64,000 bases of DNA from the human T2T-CHM13v2.0 reference genome, Homo sapiens: NCBI RefSeq assembly GCF_009914755.1, contig NC_060947.1; one strand, written 5' to 3'. Positions 53,621-64,000 of this stretch are shown here, piece after piece. The notes below the pieces were generated by a model. The model was not told the DNA's origin and did not search any database. It saw nothing but the letters and a program-made list of their open reading frames with translations. The position numbers and the translations under genes are program-made. Numbering within the stretch: position 1 is the first letter of the stretch; the number at the start of each line of letters is the position of its first letter.

Positions 53621-54939
53621 ATATATAACATAATAATACAAAAGATATTTCTGGATGTAATGCACCAGAAAGGTCTCTTCTCATTGAAGATCTGAGGTCC
53701 ACTGGGCCAAGTCATAGCCTTGCTAGAGTCATGGCCTGGCAATTTCCTTTCACCTATGCATCTTTGAATACATGCTTAAGTGTTTTGTCAGTGTGCTGAA
53801 AGCTGCTGAGCCGTTGCATTATAATTTGTGGAGTGCCTGACAGGCAACTCCATTCATACTTCTCTCATGTCCTGATAGGGAAAATTATTTTACTAGATAT
53901 ATATTTTGGTTTTTGAGGATTGTTATCCTTACAGTTTATTCAAAATGAAAACCTGCCTAAAAGAAGTACCACATAAGGCTCTGTTACCTCAGTGTGAATG
54001 AAACTATAATTTGCCTCCTTGGGAAAGCAGAAATATGAGAAGTCTGAGAACATCAGATGCCTGAGCATGGAGAAAGACAAGAAGAAATGAGAAGTGAGAG
54101 AGTACCACCAAGAAACTTTGTGAACTTGAAACAATTTGCTTGTACATGATATAACAAAATTGAAAGATATTGCAGTGCATATTCACCGAACCAGGTATTT
54201 ATTAGCCTTCTGGTCCTGGTGGAGGATGTAGGCTTTAGAAGGGTACCTCTATGGTGTTTACATTGTCAGCCAAGAGTAATGAGATGCAGGCCTAATCTGA
54301 CAAAGTAATACAGGGTCAATGTCTAAAGGAAACTGGTTAGACATAACGATTGATGAGCTGGAATGAGAATGAGGGGCCGAAATCATAGGGTTAGTAAAGC
54401 GAAGAGATCTCAAATTGCAGAAAACAAGCAGTGGGTGGAGACCTTAGGAAATCATGGCAACAACAAATATTAGGACTGCATAGTGTATTAGTCATCCAGA
54501 AGCTTGAAGCCTGCCACAAACACCTAAGGAATGACAGAAAAGCAATGTGCTTCCTGTATCTATTTTTGCTAGTTATGGCATACCAATGTGAACATTCAGT
54601 CAAAAATCTGGTGTTATTTATTCAGTAGTAAAGTTGATTCCAAAGTTTCAGACAGAAGGCCCAGTATTCAGCTATTTCTGAAGAAGGCAAGGTTGAAACT
54701 AGTAGTTTCAGCTCTGGCACATAAGCTAACATGAAAACCATTCCCAATGTAAGGGCCAAGTTTGACAAAATCAAATTTAGTTGTTTTAATTTCATGCAGC
54801 TGAGTTAAAATTGTTTGCCTGTTATGATGCCATTAGCCTTTCAACTAAATATGTACATTCATGATTGTTTGACAAGGGTATAAAGTCTTGAAAACACGCT
54901 ACTGAAATATTAAACCTTACTTATTTAAATTTAAAAAGC

Positions 54940-54985
54940 AGTCCCTGGCACACAGTAGGCACTCAATAAATGTTTGTTAAATGGA
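54940..54985 (+). mobile_element. L2/MIR 3' terminal fragment
   Basis: 'cctggcacacagtaggcactcaataaatgtttgttaaatg'. Confidence 0.7.
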
Positions 54986-56049
54986 GCTGAATATAGGAAA
55001 TTGGAAGAGACTGTTCAGCTTTCCAAGAGTGTATTAAATTGAGTACACCATTTCTCAAGCTGAAAGGAAACTAAATGAAAGAAAACAGGTTTATTTGATT
55101 GTCTCACACACATAAGAACATAAAGTAATATGGAAAATTTTAGATTATTTATCCCAAATTTTGCCTGACTTAGCCAGATGAATAAGTCGTTTGTTTTTAT
55201 AAATCTACATTACTCAGCTCCCTCAATCCTCTCCTTCCTTTTTATAAATTAAAAAAAAACACAAAGTGTTCTAAACTAAGTTTTGAATTTGTAAATGCAG
55301 TGTACCATCTATTTGGCTGTATATCGTCACAGGAGGTAAATATAAAGTCATTGCAAATGACTCAGGATGGAGATATGACAAGCTAAGTGGTCTCCTGATG
55401 TTCCAACACCTACTTTTCTGCCTTTTTCTGATTTAGCTAGTGAGGCCCTGGAGAGTCCACTTAAAAAAACGAAAAAAAAAATCTGCATTATTCCCAGCCA
55501 TAAGATTATATTTTGGTGGTCCAAGAGCTACTTTTTATTTGAATAAAACATTGACCTTAAAAAATATCATATCTAGGGTAATAAATGGGTATGCCTCAAA
55601 CAAACTAGATTTCCCGAGAAGAGAGGTGTGATAACCAGGTGCTTTGTCTTAGAGCCATCCTAACATCAAATGTTCAATTCAACCTCTCAAAGAGCACATC
55701 CCCTAAATCAACTTGTTTCACAAACAGGTTGAAGGACAAATGGAAAATGACTGAAAATCCAAAATCATTTAATACTTCTAACAAAATGCTTTCTATAGAA
55801 AACTGTTGCAGAAAGTATATTCATCTTCTGACCTGAAATAATATATCTGCCCTTTGTCTCAACCTGCAGATCAGCCATGTGCTTTCATAAGTGTTTTGGT
55901 ATCACGTAATATCTTAGGTTTATCTGTAAGTAGAATATTTATGTAGAGGTACACAAAACAGCACATTCACACACATCAGAGTTCTCACACCCAAGTCATG
56001 TGACACAAATAACTCTCTTCCCTGTGATGGAAGAACCAAATATGTACAC

Positions 56050-56525
56050 CTACAATTCATTTAATATTTCACAAAAAATTGGAGTGCTTGCTATACTAAA
56101 CACTGGATTATCATATAACAAGTTACCTGCCTTTAAGAAGTTCATACTAAAAGGGGGCATATAAATTTGATAAGTGATATTATGCATGAAATGTAAATAC
56201 TTAGAAAATGTGCAGAACATTTTACAGAGTTGATAACGTATGACCTGCATTTTGTGGGTATGGACAGAAGAGTTTGTTATTTATTAAAGAGGTAAAAGTG
56301 TGTTCAGGTAGAAATAATAGTATTGGCAAGAGCATGAGGTTGTAAAAGTGTGTTAAGTCTTCAGAGAGTGATGAGACATTTTCTGCAGCTGGAAGATACC
56401 ATATGCAAGAAGAGGTGCAAGTAGATGAGGCTGGGAAAGTTGATAGATAATAAATTGTAAAGAGCTTGGATATGTAACTAAGAAGTTAGACTTCATTAAG
56501 TATGTAATCAGGAACCAAAAAAAAA
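56050..56525 (-). mobile_element. L2 relic
   Basis: 'cctgcctttaagaagttcatact', 'gttcaggtagaaataatagtattggcaagagcatgagg', 'gatgaggctgggaaag'. Confidence 0.6.
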
Positions 56526-56974
56526 GGTTCATAAACTTGGTTTTAATGTTACAAGGGTTTCCCTCTACTAAATGACATTGGTTTCACTACCTAGAAGCCT
56601 CAGTTGGAGCTGAATTTGGAGCCGATTGGCAACTCAGATACGATGGAAGTGGCTTCATGTCAAGTTTCTAAGTGCCTTAGTGACTTCAAAATCTAAACTA
56701 TGAGACACAGAAACTTTCTAATTTGTTATAATTATATTTCTGGCTTTATTCCTACACATGGTAGCCATTTGTGGCATGAGACCAATAGTAATTCAGAAAA
56801 CCATGTTAAATACTGTACTTGATCTTGATTGTGTGACTGAAGCCCTCAGTTCTCTCTCTCCAAAACACATATGTCCTGACACAATGTGGCCTGAATTAAG
56901 CACCAAAAGAGATCATAAGGTTAATATATCTTCTTATAATTCATATATAGCACATTTAGAAATATTTTGACACT

Positions 56975-57541
56975 CCCAAGAAAACAAAAACAAAGCTAGA
57001 GACATCATTACTATCTGACTGTAAAATATACCACATAGATAAGACCTCAAAAACAGGCAATGAAAGCAAAAATGGGAATTATTTAAGACTAAAAAGTTCA
57101 TGTACAGCAAGATAAACAGAGTGAAGGGACAACCTGTGGAATGGGAGAAAATTTACAAACTATTCACATGACAAGGGATTAATAGCCAGAATACATAAAA
57201 ACTCAAACAACAGCAAAAGCCAAATATTTTGGTTTAAAAATGGAAAAATGCACAGAAGAGACATCTTGCAAAAGAAGGCATACAGTGGCCAACGTGCATA
57301 TGAAAAAATGCTCCAGTAATTATCAGGGAAACACAAAAACCACAGGATATCATCTGTCGCCTGTTCAAATGCTTATTATTCTAAAAGATAAAAATAACAA
57401 ATTATGGCAAGGATGCAGAGAAAGTGGAACTCTTAGTGGGAATGTAAATTAGTACAATCATTATTGAAAACCGTGTAGAAATTCCTTTAAAAACTAAAAA
57501 TAGAACTACCGTATGATCCAGCAGTCCCCCTAATGGGTATG
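56975..57541 (+). mobile_element. L1MA/PB ORF2 C-terminal fragment, 3'UTR missing
   Basis: 'gacaacctgtggaatgggagaaaat', 'aaaactaaaaatagaactaccgtatgatccagca..gggtat'. Confidence 0.85.
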
Positions 57542-57564
57542 CATTCATTGATGAGTTGATAACT

Positions 57565-60500
57565 TTATATTTTTATTTCTTGAGGAAGCTCCAAATGGTT
57601 TTCCATAGTGATTGTACTAACTTACTTTACCACCAACAGTATACAAAGGTTCCATTTTCTCCACATCCTCACCAGTGTTTGTTATTGCCTGTCTTTTGCA
57701 TATAAGCCATTTTAACTGGGGTGAGATATCTCATTGTAGTTCTGATTTGCATTTCTCTGATGATCAATGATGTCAGACACCTTTCATATGCCTATTTCCC
57801 AATCATGTGTCTATTTTTGAGAAATGTATATTCAAATATTTTGCCCACTTTTTAATTGGATGACTAGATATTTTTCCTGCAGAATTGTTTGAGCTCCTTA
57901 CATGTTATAGTTATGAATCCCTTGTCAGAGGGGTAGTTTGCAAATATTTTCTACCATCCTGTGGATTATCACTTTGTCGACGGTATCCTTTGATGTGCAG
58001 AAGCTTTTTAACTTCATGTGAGTCCCATTTGTTCATGTTTGCTTTGGTTGCCTGCGCTTGTGGGGTATTGCTCAAGAAATCTTTGCCCAGACCAATGCCC
58101 TGGAGATTTTCCCCAATGTCTTCTTGTAGTGGTTTCGTAGGCTGAGGTCTTAGATTTAAGTCCTCAATCCATTTTGATTTGATTTTTGTATATGGAAATA
58201 AACAGTGGTCTAGCTTCATTCTTCTGCATATGGCTATCAAGTTTTTTCCAGCACCATTCATTGAAGAGACTGTCTTTTTCCCCAGTGTATGTTCTTGGCA
58301 CCTTTGTCAAAAATGACTTCGCTGTAAACTTGCTGAATTGTTTCTGGGTTTTCTATTTTTTCCTTTGTCTATAAGTTTGTTTTTGTGCCAGTATCATGTT
58401 GTTTTGCTTACTATAGCTCTGTACTATAATTTGAAGTCAGGTAATGTGATTTCTTAAGTTTTGTTCATTTTGCTTAGATAGCTTTAGCTTTTCTGGGTCT
58501 TCTATAGTTCCATATAAGTTTTAGGATTTTTTTCTATTTCCATTTTGTTTCTATTTATATTTCAAGAATATTATTGGTATTTTAATAGGGGTTTCACTGA
58601 ATATGTAGATTGCTTTGGGAGTATGGACATTTTAATAATATTGATTCTTCCAACCCATGGAAATTTTTCCATTTTTTGGTGTCCTCTTCAATTTCCTTCA
58701 TCAGTGTTTTATAGTTTTCTTTATAGAGATTTTTTCCTTCTTCCGATAATTCCTAGGTATTTTATGCATGGCTACTGTAAATAAGATTACTTTTATCAAT
58801 TTTTTTCACATTGTTCACTGTTGGCATATAGAAATACTGCTAATTTTTGTATGTTGATTTTGTGTCCTACAACTTTACTGAATTTTTTAATCAGTTGTAA
58901 TATCTTTGTTGTGGAGTCTTTAGGTTTTTCTAAATGTAAGAACCATCAATGAACAAGGATAATTTGATTTCTTCCTTTCCAATTTGGATGCCCTTTATGT
59001 CTTTTTCCTGTCTGATTGTTCTAGCTAGGATTTCCAGTACTATGTTAAATAACAGTGGTGACATCCTTTCATGTTCCATATCTTAGACAAAAGACTTTTA
59101 GTTTTTCCCCATCCAGTATGATACTAGCTGTGGGTCTGTCGTATATGACTTATTATGTTGAGATATGTTACTTCTATGCCCGGGTTTTTGAGGATTTTTA
59201 TCATTTTATCATGAAGGAATTTTGAATTTTACCAAATGCTTTTTCAGCATCAACTGAAATTACCATATAGTTTTTATTCTTTATTCTGTTGATGTGATGT
59301 ATCACATTGATTTATTTGTGTTTTTTTATGTGGTTTGTCTGGTTTTGGTATCAGGGTAATACTGTCTATGTAGAATGAGTTTGGGGATATTGCCTCCTCT
59401 CGTATTTTTTTGAATAGTTTGAGTAGGATTGGTATAAGTTTTTTCTTTTTTTTTTTGTTTAATATAATTCAGCAGTAAAGCCATCAGGTCCTGAGCTTTT
59501 CTTTACTGGAAAACTTTTAATTATGGCTTTGATATCATTACTTGTTATTGTCCTCTTCAGGCTTTGGATATCTTCCTGGTTTATTATGAGTAGGTTGTAT
59601 GTATCTAGGAATTCATTAATTTCTTCTAGATTTTTCTATTTATTGGCATACAGTTGCTCATTTTAGCCTTTAATGATCCCTTGAATTTCTTCAGTATCAG
59701 TTATAATGTCTTCTTTTTCATTTCTGATTGTAATTATTTGGATCTTCTCTTCTTTTTTCTTAGTCTGGCTAATAATTTATCAACTTTGTTTATCTTTAAA
59801 AAAACCAATGTTTGTTTCATTGATCTTTTTTATTACTTTTGTCATTATAATTTCATTTATTAATGCTCTAATCTCTTTTTTTTTCTTCTGGTACCTTGCA
59901 ATTTGGTTTGCTCTTGATTTTCCAGTTTTTTATGATACACCGTTAGATTATTCATTTTATGTTATTTCTCTTTTCTTGGTGGCACTTATAGCTATAAACT
60001 TTCCTCTTAGTACTGCTTTTGCTGTATTCTATAGGTTTTGGTATGTTGTGTTTTCATTATCCATTTTTTCAGGAAATTTTCCAATTAATTTCTTAATTTC
60101 TTCATTGACCCACTGGCCATTCAGGAGCATATTGTTTAGTTTCCATGTATTTTTATAGTTTCAAAAGTTTCTCTTGTTATTAGTTTATAGTTTTATCCCA
60201 TTGTATTCAAGAAGATGTTTGATATTATTTCAATTTTTTCAATGTTTTAAGATTTGTTTTGTGACCTAACATGATCCATCCTTCAGTATAATCCTTGTGC
60301 TAAGGAAAAGAAAATGTGCATTCTGCAGCTCTTGGATGAAATGTTCCGTGTATATCTTAGATCCATTTAGTCTTTAGTGCAAAATTAAGTCCAGTGTTTC
60401 TTTGTTGATTTTCTCTCTGGAAGATTTATCCAATGCTGAAAATGGGGTGTTGAAGTCTTCAGCTATTATTGTATTGGGGCCTATCTTTCTCTTTAGCTCT

Positions 60501-63500
60501 AATACCTCTAATAGCTCTAATCTCTGGGTGCTCCAGTGTTGGGTGCATATATATTTAGCATTGTTTTAATCTTCTTAGTGAATGTACACCTTTATCATTA
60601 CATAGTGACTCCCTCTGTCTCTTCTTATAGTATTTGTCTTGAAATCTAATTTTTCTGATATAAGTATAGGGTGTCCTGTTCTTTTTTGGTTTTTATTGGC
60701 ATGGTATATCTTTTTCCATCCCTTTATTTTAAGTCTATATGTGGCTTTATAGGTGAAGTGTGTTTCTGTTAGGCAGCAGATCAGGGGTCTTGTTTTTTCT
60801 TCCATTCAGCTAGTCTATGTCTTTTGATTAGAGAGTTTAGTCCATTTACATTCAGTGTTATTATTGATAAGTAAGGACCTACTCCTATCATTTTATTATT
60901 TGTTTTCTGTCTGTTTTATGGTTTTCACTTTTTTCTTTTCTGTCTTCCTGTCTTCCTCTACTGAAGGAGACTTTCTGAGGTAATATGATTTACTTTATTC
61001 CTTTTTACTTTTTGTGTATACATTCTATATTATTTGGTTTCAGGTTGCCACAAGGCTGCAAATACGATCTTATAACCCATTATTTTAAGCTAATAACAAC
61101 TGAACACAATTTGCATAGACAAACAAGAAAAGAAAAAAACTAATAAAAATTCTGCACCTTAATTTTATCCCTCCACTTTTTGCCTTTTGTTGTTTCTATT
61201 TATATATTTTTATAATTACAATGTTTTTAAAAGTTGTTGTATTTATTATTTTTCATTGATTCATTGTTTAGTCTTTATTTAGGATGAGGGGTTTACACAT
61301 CACAGTTACAATGACATTATATTATTTGTCTTTCTGTGTACTTATTATTACCAGTGAATTTTGTACCTCCAGGGGGTTATTTATTGCTCATTAATGTCCT
61401 CTTATTTCTGATCGAAGTACTCCTTTTAGCATTTCTTGTAGGATGGGTGTGGTATTGATGAAATCCTTCAGCTTTTGTTTGTTAGGGAAAGTCTTTATTT
61501 CTCCTTCATATTTGAAGGATACTTTCACTGGATATACTATTTTAGAGGAAAAGTTTTACTTTTTCCCCCCCTTCAGCACATTAAGTGCGTCATGCCACTC
61601 TCTCATGGCTTGTAATGTTTCCATTTATATGTCTGCTGCCAGACTTACTGAAGCTCTATTGTATGTTATTTGTTTCTTTTCTCTTGCTGCTTTTAGGATC
61701 CTTTCTTTATTCTTGGCGTTTGGGAGTTTGACAATTAAATGCCTTGAGGTAGTCTTCTTTGGGGTAAATCTGCTTGTTGTTCTAACACCTTCTTGTACTT
61801 AGACAGTGACATCTTTCTCTAGGTTTGGGAAGTTCTCTGTTATTATGTTGTTGAATAAACATTCTACCCTGATCTCTTTCTCTACCTACTCATAAAGGCC
61901 AATAACTCTTAAATTTGTCTTTTTCAGGCTATTTTCTAGATCCTGTAGGCATGCTTCATATTTTTTTCATTTGTCTCCTCTGATTGTATTTTTGAATAGC
62001 CTGTCTTCAAGCTCCCTAATTCTTTCTTCTGCTTGATCAATTCTGCTATTAAATAACACGGATGAATTATTCAGTATGCCAATTGCATTTCTCCACTCCA
62101 GAATTTCTGCTTGATTCTCTTTCATTATTTCGGTCTCTTTGTTGAATTTATCTGACAGAATTCTGAATTCCTTCTCTGTGCTATCTTGAATTCCTCTGAG
62201 TTTTCTCAACACAGCAATTTTGTATTATTTCTCTGAAAGGGCACATATCTCTTTCCCCAGGATGGTCCCTGGTGCCTTATTTAGTTCACTTGGTGATGTC
62301 ATGTTTTCCTGAATGGTGTTGATGCTAGTACATGTTCTTCACTGGGCATTGAATTATTTGGTGTTTATTGTAGTCTTCACTGTCTGGGCTTATTTTATAG
62401 CCATCCTTCTTGGGAAGGATTTCCAGATATTTGAAAGGACATAGGTGTTGTGATCTAAGCTGTACCTGCTTTACAGGACACCCCAAACCCAGTAATGCTG
62501 TGGTTCTTGCAAACTCATAGAGGCACCACCTTGATGGTCTTGGACAATATCTGGGAGAATTTTCTGGATTACCAGGCAGAGACTCCTATTCTTTTCTGTT
62601 ACTTTCTCTCAGACAAAGGAAGTCTTTCTCTCTTTTCTGAGCCTCCTAAAATTGGTGATGAAGTGACAAAAGCATCTCTGGCTACCACCACTATGACTGC
62701 CTTAGGTCAGACCTGAAGCAAATACAGCACTGGGTCTTGCCCAAGACCTGCCACAACCACTCCCTGACTACTCCTTATGTTTACTCAAGGCTTGGAGCTC
62801 TACAATCATCATGTGACAAAGTCATTCAGGCCTGTGTTGTTCCTTTCAGGGTGTCAAAGTCTGTTTCTTCCCTTCAGGGCATCAAGCTCTGCCTGACCCT
62901 GGGTTGGTGTAGAAGTGCCCTCTGGGCGTCAGGTACTAGGGTCAAAATCCATACAAGTCTATCTAGTGTTCTATTATATTGTGATGGAGCTGACACTCAA
63001 ACCACAAGATGCAGTCCTTTCTTCTCTTCCTTCCCCTTTCCAAATGCAAAGGAGCTTCACCCCATAGCCACTGCCACCCCTGGCAAGGAGGAGTACTTCC
63101 AGACTACTGCATATGTTCACTTAAGGCCCAAGGTCTCTTTAAATCACCTTGTTGTGAATGTTTCCTGTCTCAGGAGTCACTCTTCAGGGCTGTGGGATCC
63201 CTTCTGACCCAGGGCAGGTCTAGAAATGCCATCCAAGAGTCAAGTCCTGGAACTGGGGACCCCTAGAACCCACTTGGTGCTCTACATCTCTGTGGCTGTG
63301 CTGTTCCCTGAAGCCAGCAAGTCTCAGAGGTTTACCTAAGACCCTTAAACTAGTATTTACATATTGCTGCTTGTTATTCTGGGCCCAAGGGCTCTTCAAT
63401 TAGATGGTGATGAATGATGCCAAGACTGGGCTCTTTTCTTCAAGGCAGTGGGTTCCCTTCTGGCCCAGGTTGTATCTAGAAATGACATATGAGAGCTAGC

Positions 63501-64000
63501 ACATGGAATGGGGTCCTCACCACTCTGACTGGTGTCCTGTCCTGCTGTGGCTGAGCTGGTTCCCTAGATGCAGGACAAAGTTATTCCCACTCTTCCCTCT
63601 CCTCTTCTCAAGCAGAAAGAAGAGATCCCTTTTAGAGCCACAAGCTATGCAACCTTGGGTTAGGGACGGTGTGACACCAGTACTCCCTTGGCTGCCCCAG
63701 TTGTTGTATCAGTATGTTGCATGCCCCCACTTCTTTACTCCACTGTTTCTGAGCCCAGGTCAGCATTAGATCTCACCTGAGAGTTGAAGTCCTTATTGTT
63801 AGGCTGCCTTTCAAGTTTACTTGGAGACGCAGAATGCTGTAGCCCTCAGTGGCAAGGTTTGGCAAGGCACTCATGTTTGGACCACTGGGATCAACAATTC
63901 CCCTCTGGTGAGGGCTGATTTAAATGCTCCTGCCATGGGCAGGCATCAACTAAGTTTCATCCAATTTTTCTTTCTTCTCTAACAGGACAGCACTTTATTC
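57565..64000 (-). mobile_element. Near full-length L1MA1-3-type element (ORF2, ORF1, 5'UTR), degenerate, lacking the 3'UTR, running off the window
   Basis: Reverse translations 'KIKSKWIEDLNLRPQ', 'LICCLTETHFTYKATYRLKIKGWKKIYHAN', ORF1 'EKEFRILSDKFNKE..SRIDQAEERIRELEDRLF'; 5'UTR colinear with the 17.5-19.9 kb copy. Confidence 0.9.

Noticed and set aside
57565-64000. Active full-length L1
   Set aside because: ORF1 and ORF2 are broken by many stops and frameshifts, the 3'UTR and poly-A are absent, and the subfamily is old.

Overview
This is primate (human-like), AT-rich, non-coding genomic DNA made mostly of interspersed repeats. It holds many LINE-1 pieces (L1PA to L1M/L1ME ages, several nested, inverted or internally deleted), Alu/FRAM SINEs, MIR and L2 relics, and LTR elements: an MLT2A LTR with HERV-L PBS/gag remnant, a solo MLT2A LTR, an ERV1/MER4-group LTR and three MaLR LTRs. 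No intact protein-coding gene is supported; the listed ORFs are repeat-derived or chance. The best observations are: (1) a full-length U6 snRNA fused to an L1 3' end (U6/L1 chimeric retrocopy, 30804-31576); (2) an apparent ~245-bp gene-conversion tract between that chimera and the adjacent younger L1; (3) a 46-bp-arm near-perfect hairpin within a cluster of local duplications and inversions at 22.3-23.1 kb; (4) twin-priming inversions; (5) a solo MLT2A LTR with an intact DUX4-type motif; (6) a candidate non-coding cassette exon. I see no evidence for a new multi-gene biological system. Subfamily names come from recalled consensus sequences and need RepeatMasker/Dfam confirmation.
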